DNA of 64,000 nucleotides from an uncultured Chloroflexia bacterium (lineage in GTDB: Bacteria; Chloroflexota; Anaerolineae; JAAYZQ01), in assembly GCA_963700285.1 (NCBI GenBank), contig CAVOXA010000010.1, positions 1-64,000 of the forward strand, in the 5' to 3' direction. A program made the translations under genes and the position numbers. Under the pieces are notes generated by a model. It saw nothing but the letters and a program-made list of their open reading frames with translations, did no database searches and had not been told where the DNA came from. How positions within the stretch are numbered: position 1 is the first letter of the stretch; every line of letters starts with the position of its first letter. This document shows, one piece after another, positions 19,200 through 29,207 of the stretch.

Positions 19200-20054
19200 A
19201 TGAACGACTTGGAGGGCAAACTGGCCCGGGCCTGGGCCATACGTCAGGCCAGATTTGCCGACGAAATCACCTGGTCCTACCCTTTGGATACTGCCGTTCT
19301 CAGCCTGACCGGCGAGCAGTGCGCCCTGGATTGCGCCCATTGCGGCGGCCACTATCTGGGCGGCATGCGGCCTATCTGGGCGTCTGAACCAGACGGCTCG
19401 ACTAGCTGCCTCATCTCGGGGGGCTGTGACCCTCAAGGCCGGGTGCCGGTGTTGACCCATGTGGACCATGTCCGGGCCTGGCGCCAGGGCCGGACGATGA
19501 ACTGGCACGTAGGCTTTGTCTCCGAGCCCGAGATGGAAGCCATTGCTCCCCTGGTGGATGTGGTTTCCTTTGATTTTGTGGGTGATGATGCAACCATCCA
19601 CGAGGTCTATGGCATCGACCGAACCGTGGACGATTATGTCGAAACCTACCGCCTGCTGCGACGGCATCGCCCGACCCTGCCCCACGTTACCATCGGTCTG
19701 CGTGGCGGGGCGATGGGCCACGAAATGCCCGCCTTTGAACGCTTACAGGAGCTGGGCCTCGATGGGCTGGTGATCCTCGTCTTTATCCCCACACCGGGCA
19801 CCCGCTACGCCGACCGCCAGCCGCCGCCGCCGGGTGCGGTGGCCGAACTCCTGGCCGAAGCGCGTCTACGCTTTCCCGACGTCCCCCTCTACCTGGGCTG
19901 CATGCGGCCCAAAGGCTACTATCGCGACGAACTCGACCCTCTGGCCGTACAGGCAGGGGTCAATGTGATCGTCAGTCCCTCACGCCCGGCCCGGCAACAG
20001 GCCGCCGAACTGGGTCTGGCCGTCCGCCAGATCCGCGAGTGCTGCGTTCTGTGA
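19200..20054 (+). CDS. Radical SAM protein, LipS1-like (alternative lipoyl synthase subunit)
   Basis: CALDCAHC, LISGGC, GCMR and C-terminal CC motifs; sits directly upstream of gcvH. Confidence 0.75.
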   Translation: MNDLEGKLARAWAIRQARFADEITWSYPLDTAVLSLTGEQCALDCAHCGGHYLGGMRPIWASEPDGSTSCLISGGCDPQGRVPVLTHVDHVRAWRQGRTMNWHVGFVSEPEMEAIAPLVDVVSFDFVGDDATIHEVYGIDRTVDDYVETYRLLRRHRPTLPHVTIGLRGGAMGHEMPAFERLQELGLDGLVILVFIPTPGTRYADRQPPPPGAVAELLAEARLRFPDVPLYLGCMRPKGYYRDELDPLAVQAGVNVIVSPSRPARQQAAELGLAVRQIRECCVL

Positions 20055-20070
20055 AAGGCCATGGTGTGGC

Positions 20071-20099
20071 TTGTCAGCCCTGCCATTTGATGCTACAAT
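20071..20099 (+). promoter_or_regulatory. sigma70-type promoter of the gcv genes
   Basis: TTGTCA-17 bp-TACAAT with extended TG. Confidence 0.65.
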
Positions 20100-20174
20100 A
20101 TTCAAGTCAGCCAAGAACCTGACGGGGGGCAAATCGCTGCTGTAACCAAGAGAAAAGGAGGTTCAAGGAGGAAC

Positions 20175-20567
20175 ATGAAAGTCGATCCGGGCTGCAAGTA
20201 CCATAAAGAGCACGAATGGGTCCGCGTAGAAGGCGAACGAGGGCGTGATTGGCATCAGCGACTATGCCCAGGACCAACTGTCAGACGTCGTCTATGTGGA
20301 ACTGCCCGAGGTGGGCGATAGCTTTGAACCGGGCGATGTGCTTGCCGTCGTCGAGTCGGTCAAGGCTGCCTCGGACGTGTACATGCCCGTCGGCGGCGAG
20401 ATTCTGGAGATCAACGAAGCACTGGAAGATTCTCCAGAGCTGGTCAACCAGGATCCCTTTGGCGAAGCCTGGTTCGTGCGTATCGCCATCGCCGACCTGA
20501 GCTGAACTGGACGACCTGATGGATGCTGAGGCATACACAGGCATACGTCGACGGACTGGACGAATAG
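20175..20567 (+). CDS. gcvH: Glycine cleavage system H protein (three apparent +1 frameshifts)
   Basis: [31 protein letters not shown] (lipoyl Lys)..NQDP..LMDAEAY; RBS AAGGAGG. Confidence 0.88.
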
Positions 20568-20657
20568 CCAACCCATTAATCCACCAGGCCAGCCATCTCG
20601 GCGCTCTTGAACCGGGAAGCCGCCGATTGGTTGGTTGGTGATCTCAAGGAGTTGTCC

Positions 20658-22038
20658 ATGAGCTACCTTCCGCACACGGACGCGGATCGGGCGGAAATGC
20701 TGGCCGCCATCGGCGTGGAACAGGTGGATGACCTGTTCCACGACGTGCCAGCAAGCCTATCGTTTCCCCGAGCTGAAACTGCCCGAACCGCTGTCCGAGA
20801 TGGAGATCATGGCCGACCTCCAGGCCATGAGCGAGGAGAACCTGGACACCGGTCACTTTTCCAGTTTTTTGGGCGCCGGCGCCTACAACCACTATGTCCC
20901 CCGCATCGTGGACCATGTCATCAGCCGCTCCGAGTTCTATACGGCCTACACCCCCTACCAGCCTGAGATCAGCCAGGGCACGCTGCAGAGCATCTTTGAA
21001 TACCAGAGCATGGTCTGCGCCCTGACCGGCATGGAGGTGGCCAACGCCTCGCACTATGACGGCGCGACATCTACCGCCGAAGCCGTGATCATGGCCCTCA
21101 ACGTGCACCGCGGGCGCAGGAAGAAGGTAATCCTCTCCCCGGCGGTCCACCCCGAGTACCGGGCCGTGGTCCGCACCTATACCCAGGGCATGGGTGTCAA
21201 GGTTGTCGGCGACGACACCCCTTCGGCGTCCAAAGGGCAGGAGAGCGGCACCACGATAGGGGATGTGGTCGGTCTGCTTGGACCAAGACACCGCCTGCCT
21301 GATCGTCCAGAGCCCCAACTTTTTCGGGCAGATCGAGGATCTGGAGGGCCTGGCCGACAAGGTCCACGCGGTCAAGGCGCTGCTGATCGTCGTCACCGAC
21401 CCCATCAGCCTGGGCCTGCTCAAGCCGCCGGGCGACTATGGGGCCGACATCGTCGTCGGCGAAGGCCAGGCACTGGGCAACGGCCTGAACTTTGGCGGAC
21501 CGTACCTGGGCATCTTTGCCTGCCGCCAAAAGTACGTGCGCAAGTCGGCCGGGCGGCTGGTGGGCCAGACCGTGGATGCCGAGGGCAAGCGCGGCTTTGT
21601 GCTGACCCTCTCCACCCGCGAGCAGCACATCCGCCGCGAGCGAGCCACCTCCAATATCTGCACCAACCAGGCCCTCTGCGCCCTGGCCACGGCCGTCCAC
21701 CTGGCCGCTCTGGGCCCGACGGGCCTGCGCAAGCTGGCCGAGCTGTGCTACCACAAGGCCCACTATGCCGCCGCTCGCATCGCGACGCTGGATGGCTACC
21801 AGGTTGTCGGGGACAAGCCCTTCTTCAAGGAGTTCGTCGTCCGCTGTCCCGGCACCGGTCAAGGACGTCAACGACTATCTGCTGGAACGAATGGGGCATC
21901 ATCGGCGGCTACGATCTGGGCCGCGACTACCCGCATCTGGAGAACCACATGCTGCTCTGCGTGACCGAGGTGATCAGCCGCGAGGAGATCGACGCCCTGG
22001 TCGAAGCCCTGGCCGAGGCGGCAAAGGAGGTGGGCTGA
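20658..22038 (+). CDS. gcvPA: Glycine dehydrogenase subunit 1 (about four frameshifts)
   Basis: [64 protein letters not shown], spread across frames. Confidence 0.9.
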
Positions 22039-23581
22039 TGAAAGCAGATTTTGGCGTGCGCTGCTCTGGCGCAGAGCCGCTCATCTACGAACTGAGCAAG
22101 CCCGGCCGCACGGCCACCACCCTGCCGGCCCTGGACGTGCCCGAGGCCGAGCTGCCCCCGGCGGCCATGCTCCGCGAGAGCGTGGACCTGCCCGAGGTCA
22201 GCGAGCTGGACCTGGTGCGCCACTATGTGCGCCTCAGCCAGCTCAACTGGGCCATCGACATTGGCTTCTATCCGCTGGGCTCGTGCACCATGAAGTACAA
22301 TCCCAAGGTGAACGAGGCTGCCGCCCGCCTGCCCGGCTTTGCCCAGACCCATCCCTACCAGGACCCCCACACTGTCCAGGGCAACCTGTTGCTCATGTAC
22401 GAGCTGCAGGAGATGCTGAAGGAGATTGGCGGCTTTGCCGGCGTGACCCTGCAGCCCTCGGCAGGCGCCCACGGCGAGCTGACCGGCGTGCTGATCATGC
22501 GCGCCTACCACGTCGACCGGGGCGAACCACAGCGCACCAAGATCATCGTGCCCGACAGCGCCCACGGCACCAACCCGGCCACGACCAGCATGAGCGGCCT
22601 GGAGGTGATCGAGGTGCCCTCGGATGAGCGGGGCAACGTCGACCTGGAGGCCCTACGCTCCGTCTGCGACGAGACGGTCTGCGGCCTGATGCTGACCAAC
22701 CCCAATACGCTGGGCCTCTTTGAGGAGCAGTTGCCCGAGATCATGGACCTGATCCATGGCTGTGGCGGGCTGATCTATGGCGACGGCGCCAACTTGAACG
22801 CCATCATGGGCATCGCCAAGCCGGGCGAACTGGGCTTTGACGTGATGCACTTTAACCTGCACAAGACCTTCTCCACGCCCCACGGCGGTGGTGGGCCTGG
22901 CGCTGGCCCGGTGGGCGTCGCCGAGAAGCTGGTGCCCTTCCTGCCCGGCCCCATCGTCGAGCTGTGCCACTGCAGGGAGGCTGAGTGCGACTGTGGCTGC
23001 GGCAAGGACTGGGACGAAGCGGCCGAACAGGCCGGCGACGCAGAGGCGATCTGCTTCCACCTGGTCATGCCCGAGAAGAGCATCGGCCGGGTGAAGGCCT
23101 TCTACGGCAACTTTGGCGTGCTGGTGCGGGCCTACACCTACATCCGCATGCTGGGGGCGCGGGCCTGCGCGAGGCCAGCGAGATGGCCGTGCTCAACGCC
23201 AACTACCTCAAGAGCCAGGTGCAGGACGTGTTTCCCATCTCCCACGACCGGACCCACATGCACGAGTTCGTGGCCCAGGGCATCATCCCCGAAGCGCCCG
23301 ACGTCCACGCCCTGGACATCGCCAAGCGGCTCATCGACTATGGCTTCCACCCGCCGACCAACTACTTTCCCCTCATCGTGCCCGAGGCGCTGATGATCGA
23401 GCCGACCGAGACCGAGAGCAAAGAGACGCTGGACGCCTTTGCCGCGGCGCTGCGCGCCATCCGCGACGAGGCGCTGACCGACCCCGACGTGCTGCACGAG
23501 GCGCCCCACACAGCGCCCGTCCGCCGCCTGGACGAGGTCCGAGCGGCGCGCCAGCCGATTCTGCGCTGGCTGGGAGATTAG
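22038..23581 (+). CDS. gcvPB: Glycine dehydrogenase subunit 2 (frameshift near 23160)
   Basis: [61 protein letters not shown]. Confidence 0.92.
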
Positions 23582-23604
23582 GGCCAGGCCGGACTCTGAC
23601 GAGC

Positions 23605-23660
23605 GTGCGGGAAAGACCTGGTAGAGTTTGGAGACTCTACCAGGTCTTTCCGCACCTTTT
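23605..23660. repeat. Long near-perfect palindrome (REP-like), likely also the gcv terminator
   Basis: GTGCGGGAAAGACCTGGTAGAGT-ttggag-ACTCTACCAGGTCTTTCCGCAC followed by TTTT. Confidence 0.7.
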
Positions 23661-23678
23661 ACCAGACAAGCGCCCAGG

Positions 23679-23707
23679 TAGACACTTGGGCAGGTTTCGT
23701 ATATAAT
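23679..23707 (+). promoter_or_regulatory. sigma70-type promoter of the coa operon
   Basis: TAGACA-17 bp-TATAAT. Confidence 0.6.
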
Positions 23708-23733
23708 GCATTCAAAGAACTGTGGAGACCTGG

Positions 23734-23955
23734 ATGGATTGTCCCAACTGCGGTGTGTATAACCCAGAGGAACGTGACATCTGCTGGCGCTGCGATCAAG
23801 CACTGCCCAAACCCGAGGAACCGAAACGAAAAAGAGATCCGCAGTCGGCGATGCGCCGCATGTGGATCATCATCGGCATCGTACTCGTGATCTGGATCCT
23901 GCTCACCTGGTTGCTCCCCATGCTGACGGGCGGGCTGAACATTCCCGGACCCTAA
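23734..23955 (+). CDS. Small zinc-ribbon membrane protein
   Basis: CPNC...CWRC followed by a C-terminal TM helix. Confidence 0.75.
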   Translation: MDCPNCGVYNPEERDICWRCDQALPKPEEPKRKRDPQSAMRRMWIIIGIVLVIWILLTWLLPMLTGGLNIPGP

Positions 23956-24031
23956 AGCAAAAGCCCGGCCACGCATCTGTGATCTGGCAGCGAGCCAACA
24001 AAACTGCCAGCCCCCCTCGTATGGAGGACCT

Positions 24032-24802
24032 TTGGCGCTTTTTTGCATAGACATCGGCAACACCAACATAGTCATGGGCCTGTACCAGGACAGAGAACTG
24101 GTGACCCACTGGCGCATCGCCACCGACCACCGGAAAATGGCCGACGAGTACGCCATGCTGATCCTTAGTCTTTTTGAGCGATCGGACCAGGATCCAGCAT
24201 CCGTTGAAGGCGTGATCGTCGCCAGCGTGGTGCCCCCGCTGACAGGCATCTTTGAGAAACTGTCCCAGCGCTACTTTGGCCAGTCTGCTCTCGTGGTCGG
24301 TGACTCGGCTGAGGCAGGGGTGCATATCCGCTACGACAACCCGGCCGAAGTAGGCGCCGATCGGGTGGTCAATGCCGTGGCCGCCTACCACCGTTACGGC
24401 GCGCCGGCCTGCGTGGTAGACTTTGGCACCGCGACCACTTTTGATGCCCTCTCGGCCGAGGGCGACTATCTGGGTGGCGCCATCGCGCCGGGCATTGGCA
24501 TTGCCGCCGAAGCGCTGTTCCAACGGACGGCCAAGCTGCCCCGCATCGATCTGGTCCGCCCACCGGCCGTCATCGGCAAGAATACCGTCCAGTCGATGCA
24601 GTCAGGCCTGCTCTTTGGCTACGTCGGCCTGGTGGAAGGCATCGTCGCTCGCTTCCGCGCCGAATTGGGGCCGGACATGAAAGTCATCGCCACCGGTGGA
24701 CTGGCCCCGCTCATCGCCGCCGAGACAGATGTGATCGATGCCGTGGATCCCTGGCTGACCCTGGAGGGTCTTCGCCTTATCTGGGAGATGAATCTGGGAT
24801 AG
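24032..24802 (+). CDS. coaX: Type III pantothenate kinase
   Basis: DIGNTN, ASVVP, GADR, VDFGTATT, YLGGAIAPG, ATGG, LTLEGL. Confidence 0.95.
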   Translation: MALFCIDIGNTNIVMGLYQDRELVTHWRIATDHRKMADEYAMLILSLFERSDQDPASVEGVIVASVVPPLTGIFEKLSQRYFGQSALVVGDSAEAGVHIRYDNPAEVGADRVVNAVAAYHRYGAPACVVDFGTATTFDALSAEGDYLGGAIAPGIGIAAEALFQRTAKLPRIDLVRPPAVIGKNTVQSMQSGLLFGYVGLVEGIVARFRAELGPDMKVIATGGLAPLIAAETDVIDAVDPWLTLEGLRLIWEMNLG

Positions 24803-24869
24803 AGGATTGGGGAATCCGGCCTGCTCCAGTCCCCGGTTTCCGCATCCCCTGTTTCCTTCAGCAATTACC

Positions 24870-26078
24870 ATGAACCTCAAAGGCAAATCGATCGTTCTGG
24901 GCGTCACTGGCGGGATTGCGGCCTACAAGGCGGCGGCACTGTGCAGCCACCTGGTCAAGGCGGGGGCGGAGGTGGACGTGATCCTCACCGATGCCGCCCG
25001 CGAGTTTGTCACGCCCTTGACCTTCCAGGCCCTCACCCACCGGCCGGTCGTCACCGAAATGTTTAGTCTGCTGGCAGAGACGGAGATCGGCCACGTCAGC
25101 CTGGCCAGGCGTGCTGAGCTGTTGATCGTCGCCCCGGCCACAGCCAACACTATCGCCAAGCTGGCCGCTGGACTGGCCGACAATATGCTGACCACCACCG
25201 CCCTGGCCACCGAGGCGCCCATCTTGCTGGCCCCCGCCATGGAAAGCCACATGTGGAGCAACCCCCTGACCCAGGAAAACGTGGACCGGCTGCAAAGGCT
25301 ACGCGACGTGACCCTCGTCGGGCCGGGGGAAGGGCGGCTGGCCTCGGGAGCCAGCGGCATAGGACGCATGGCTGAGCCAGAAGAGATTTTGGATGCAGCC
25401 CGCTGGGTTCTGGGCCGGCAGGGCGCGCTGGCCGGGCGACGGGTGGTGGTCACTGCCGGGGGTACGCGAGAGCCGCTGGACCCTATCCGCTTCCTGGGCA
25501 ACCGCTCCTCGGGTCAGATGGGCTACGCCCTGGCCCGGGCTGCGCGAGATGTGGGTGCCCAGGTAACGCTGGTCAGCACAGTCGGGCAGAAAGCTCCCTT
25601 TGGCGCGGTGTTGGTTCCAGTCGAGACCGCCAGGCAGATGCGTGATGCCGTACTGGAAACCATGGACGACCTTGACGTGCTGTTGATGGCCGCTGCCGTC
25701 GCCGATTATCACCCCGTCTCTGCAGCCGCCCAAAAGCTCAAAAAGGGCGAGGAGAACCTTCGTCTGGACCTGGCCCGGACTCCTGACATCCTGGCCCAGG
25801 TCACCGAGGTACGCCGAGAGGATCAGGTCATCGTCGGCTTTGCCGCCGAGACGGAAAATCTTCTGGAAAACGCGCGGGACAAGCTCAAACGGAAACACTT
25901 GGACCTCATCGTGGCCAACGACGCCCGGCAGGCCATGGGCGCAGCATCGAATCAGGTCACACTCCTCCGCGCCGACGGCACGGAGGAGGAGATGCCGCTC
26001 TTGTCCAAGGAGCGAGTCGCAGAGCGGATCCTGGAGCAGGTAGTGATTTTGCTCAGTGGGAACCCGTTGGTACCATGA
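24870..26078 (+). CDS. coaBC: Bifunctional phosphopantothenoylcysteine decarboxylase/synthase
   Basis: GVTGGIAAYKA, APATANTIAK, TAGGTREPLDPIRFLGNRSSGQMG, AAAVADY, GFAAET, DLIVAND. Confidence 0.95.
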   Translation: MNLKGKSIVLGVTGGIAAYKAAALCSHLVKAGAEVDVILTDAAREFVTPLTFQALTHRPVVTEMFSLLAETEIGHVSLARRAELLIVAPATANTIAKLAAGLADNMLTTTALATEAPILLAPAMESHMWSNPLTQENVDRLQRLRDVTLVGPGEGRLASGASGIGRMAEPEEILDAARWVLGRQGALAGRRVVVTAGGTREPLDPIRFLGNRSSGQMGYALARAARDVGAQVTLVSTVGQKAPFGAVLVPVETARQMRDAVLETMDDLDVLLMAAAVADYHPVSAAAQKLKKGEENLRLDLARTPDILAQVTEVRREDQVIVGFAAETENLLENARDKLKRKHLDLIVANDARQAMGAASNQVTLLRADGTEEEMPLLSKERVAERILEQVVILLSGNPLVP

Positions 26079-26659
26079 GCCTTTCCAGTACTGACCCGAT
26101 CAAACGAGCCTCCAGATTGCGACAGGAAGCCGACGTTGTTCTGAAAAAGGTCGGGCTGTACGATATCTTGAGTCCTTATGGACGTGTCGTGTTCACCGGG
26201 AGTTACTTCCTCGACCTGATGATGTACCCAGACATAGACGTCTACCTGTCCCAAACATCCATCGCAGAGGTTTTCAAAGTCGGGAGACGGTTTGCCAACG
26301 CTGAATCGGTCTACCAGGTTGTTTTTGAGAAATCTAGAACCCCAGATCTGCCTGGTGGTCTGTATTTGAAGCCCCGGGTCGACTATGGCGACTGGGGACG
26401 CCCCTGGAAGATCGACATCTGGTTCATTGCCGAAGCGGTCATTAAAGCAAAGATGGTAGACATGCAGCGCTTCAAAGGTAGAATGACCCATGAACTGCGC
26501 GAGCAGATACTTCGGTACAAGCATTCGATCCTGACTGATGCAGGCCGAACGCCGATGTACAGCGGATATTTCATCTGCAAAGCCTTTATCGATGAAGGCA
26601 TGTCAGATTTTCAGGACGTGACACAGTATCTGCAAGATAGCGGCATCCAGATGGCTTGA
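26075..26659 (+). CDS. Uncharacterised Pol-beta-fold nucleotidyltransferase-like protein
   Basis: FTGSYFLDLMMYPDIDV (hG-S-x9-DhD) plus a downstream WKIDIW aspartate; ATGA overlap with coaBC. Confidence 0.65.
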   Translation: MSLSSTDPIKRASRLRQEADVVLKKVGLYDILSPYGRVVFTGSYFLDLMMYPDIDVYLSQTSIAEVFKVGRRFANAESVYQVVFEKSRTPDLPGGLYLKPRVDYGDWGRPWKIDIWFIAEAVIKAKMVDMQRFKGRMTHELREQILRYKHSILTDAGRTPMYSGYFICKAFIDEGMSDFQDVTQYLQDSGIQMA

Positions 26660-26725
26660 GTGCTCGACAATAGATGATGCGAAACCCACATCACAGTTGA
26701 TGCAGCATGCGTCACGGAGACTTTT

Positions 26726-27700
26726 ATGGCCAAGATCTGGCACAACGCCATCACCGATGTTCCCGGCATCCGCGTTGGACATACCACCAACGCAGAGGCG
26801 ATGACCGGCTGCACAGTGGTCCTATGCCCGCCACAAGGGGCCGTGGGTGGGGTGGACCAGCGGGGCGGGGCGCCCGGCACCCGAGAGACGGACCTGCTGC
26901 GGCCCATGCACATGGTCCAGCGAGTCCACGCCGTGCTGCTGAGCGGGGGCAGTGCTTTCGGCCTGGATGCTGCCGGAGGCGTGGTCCGCTGGTTGGAGGA
27001 ACGGGAGATTGGCTACGACACCGGCGTGGCCAAAGTGCCTATCGTCCCGGCTGCCGTCATCTTTGACCTGAGCCTTGGCCGCGCCGACGTCCGGCCCGAC
27101 GCAGCGATGGGCTACGCCGCCTGCGAGGCGGCGGCCGAGGGCCAGGTGGCTGAGGGAAGTGTCGGCGTTGGGACCGGCTGCAAGGTAGGCGCCATCTTTG
27201 GGGTGGCACGCTCGACAAAGGCAGGCATCGGTACAGCCAGCATAGACCTGGGCGGTGGGCTCGTCGTGGGAGCCATCGTGGCGGTGAATGCCTTTGGTGA
27301 TGTCATCGATCCTCGGAGCGGAGATATCCTTGCTGGGGCGAGGGCGCTGAAGGGTGAGGGGTTCGCGGACACGCTATCGACAATGAAAGGCATGATGGGC
27401 AAGACCGTATTACGTTTCGCTGCTCGGGGTCAGAGCGTCATCGGGGTGGTGGCCACGAACGCTCGCCTGACCAAAGAGGAAGCGAACAAGGTGGCCCAGA
27501 TGGCCCACAATGGGTTGGCAAGAACTGTGCGACCGGCACACACGATGCTGGACGGCGATACTTTTTTTGCCCTGGCCAGCGGTCAGAAGCGAGGCGATGT
27601 GAATCTGATTGGCGCCTACGCCGCCGAAGCCGTGGCAGAAGCCATCGTCCGAAGCGTCACAGAGACGCAGGACAATGGACAGACAACGGACGAAGAATGA
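26726..27700 (+). CDS. P1 (DmpA/S58) family self-cleaving peptidase/amidase
   Basis: NAITDVPGIRVGH, RGGAPGTRETDLL, LSGGSAFGL, IVPAAVIFDL, AVNAFGD, HTMLDGDTFF. Confidence 0.9.
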   Translation: MAKIWHNAITDVPGIRVGHTTNAEAMTGCTVVLCPPQGAVGGVDQRGGAPGTRETDLLRPMHMVQRVHAVLLSGGSAFGLDAAGGVVRWLEEREIGYDTGVAKVPIVPAAVIFDLSLGRADVRPDAAMGYAACEAAAEGQVAEGSVGVGTGCKVGAIFGVARSTKAGIGTASIDLGGGLVVGAIVAVNAFGDVIDPRSGDILAGARALKGEGFADTLSTMKGMMGKTVLRFAARGQSVIGVVATNARLTKEEANKVAQMAHNGLARTVRPAHTMLDGDTFFALASGQKRGDVNLIGAYAAEAVAEAIVRSVTETQDNGQTTDEE

Positions 27701-28923
27701 CCCAGATCCAATACGGATTCTCCAGTACACAGACTTGGTCGGTGTCCGGGCTGACCCGGCACATCACAGAACTGCTTGAATCGGACGATCTGCTGCAAGA
27801 TATCTGGCTGAGCGGCGAGATATCGAATCACAGGCAATATCCCTCGGGGCATCTCTATTTCACCCTCAAGGACGCAGACGCGGCACTCAGTTGTGTGATG
27901 TGGCGCTCGGCGGCGGGGCGCTTGACCTGGAAGCCCGAGCAGGGCGACGCGGTATTGGCCCATGGGTATATCTCTGTTTACGCTGTCCGAGGCAGTTACC
28001 AACTCTACGTGGACCAGTTGCGCCCCGCCGGCCGGGGTGATCTGTACTCCCACTATGAGCAGCTGCGTGACCAGCTCAAGGAAGAAGGGCTATTCGACGA
28101 CAAGCATAAACACCCTCTGCCCGGGTTTCCCCAGGTGCTGGGCATCGTTACCTCGTCGCAGGCAGCCGCCCTGCAGGATGTCCTCAACGTGCTGCGCCGT
28201 CGCTATCCGCTTGTGCAGGTACTGTTGGTTCCCACGGTGGTCCAGGGCGATCAGGCCCCAACCCAGATTGTCGCCGCGCTTCAGGTATTGGACTGCCGGG
28301 ATGACATAGACGTGATCCTGCTTGTCCGTGGCGGAGGATCTCTGGAGGATCTATGGGCCTTCAACGACGAACGCGTGGCAAGGGCTATCGCTGCCTGTCG
28401 CCACCCGGTGGTCAGCGGTGTAGGCCACGAGACCGACTTTACCATCGCCGATTTTGTGGCCGACCTGCGCGCGCCCACACCCTCCGTCGCTGCGGAACTG
28501 GCAGTCCCCGATCAGGTAGAGCTCCGGCAGATGATCCTGGCCAGGGCGACCCGGCTGGAAGGGGCCATGGGACAAAGATTGGACCAGGCGCGGCAGGCAC
28601 TGGATCAGCGGCAGAGGGAATTGCAGCGTCTTTCCCCCCAGACTCGATTGGGCGCCTATCGCCAGCAAGTAGACGATCTCACACATCGTGCCAACCGCGC
28701 CTTGACAAGTACCCTGACGCTGCGCCACTCCAGGTTGGCTGGGCTCCAGGCACGACTGGGAAGTCTAAGCCCGCTTTCTACTCTGGAGCGAGGCTATGCG
28801 GTCGTCCGGCTGCTGGATACGGGTACGGTTGTACGAAACAGGGACCAGGTGACCTGTGGGGACGCATTGGCGATCCGCGTGCAGGACGGGGAATTCGAGG
28901 CCGTGACGAGGAGCGAAACATGA
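27697..28923 (+). CDS. xseA: Exodeoxyribonuclease VII large subunit
   Basis: GEISN, SGHLYFTLKD, RGGGSLEDLWAFNDE, GVGHETDFTIADFVADLRAPTPS, LERGY. Confidence 0.95.
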   Translation: MTQIQYGFSSTQTWSVSGLTRHITELLESDDLLQDIWLSGEISNHRQYPSGHLYFTLKDADAALSCVMWRSAAGRLTWKPEQGDAVLAHGYISVYAVRGSYQLYVDQLRPAGRGDLYSHYEQLRDQLKEEGLFDDKHKHPLPGFPQVLGIVTSSQAAALQDVLNVLRRRYPLVQVLLVPTVVQGDQAPTQIVAALQVLDCRDDIDVILLVRGGGSLEDLWAFNDERVARAIAACRHPVVSGVGHETDFTIADFVADLRAPTPSVAAELAVPDQVELRQMILARATRLEGAMGQRLDQARQALDQRQRELQRLSPQTRLGAYRQQVDDLTHRANRALTSTLTLRHSRLAGLQARLGSLSPLSTLERGYAVVRLLDTGTVVRNRDQVTCGDALAIRVQDGEFEAVTRSET

Positions 28924-29180
28924 CCAGCAAAGCAGAGAGCACCACTTCGGTAGAAGACCTCTCCTTTGAGAAAGCGTTCGGCGAGCTGGAAGAGACTGTT
29001 CAGCGTCTTGAAGAGGGGGATCTGACCCTGGAGGAGGCCATCGCCCTCTACGAGTGGGGTATGGCCCTGGCGCGGCGCTGCGGCCACTCTCTGGACACTG
29101 CCGAGCTACAGATACGGAAGTTGGCAGTGGTCAACGACCAGCAGCAATTGGGCATGTTCTTTGACGGCGAAACAGAATAG
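28920..29180 (+). CDS. xseB: Exodeoxyribonuclease VII small subunit
   Basis: LSFEKAFGELEETVQRLEEGDLTLEEAIALYE..G; overlaps the xseA stop codon. Confidence 0.9.
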   Translation: MTSKAESTTSVEDLSFEKAFGELEETVQRLEEGDLTLEEAIALYEWGMALARRCGHSLDTAELQIRKLAVVNDQQQLGMFFDGETE

Positions 29181-29207
29181 GCTTCTTTGCCTGGTTCTTT
29201 TGCGAAC

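Noticed and set aside
20100-20174. Glycine riboswitch upstream of gcvH
   Set aside because: The leader is only about 70 nt and lacks the glycine aptamer consensus.
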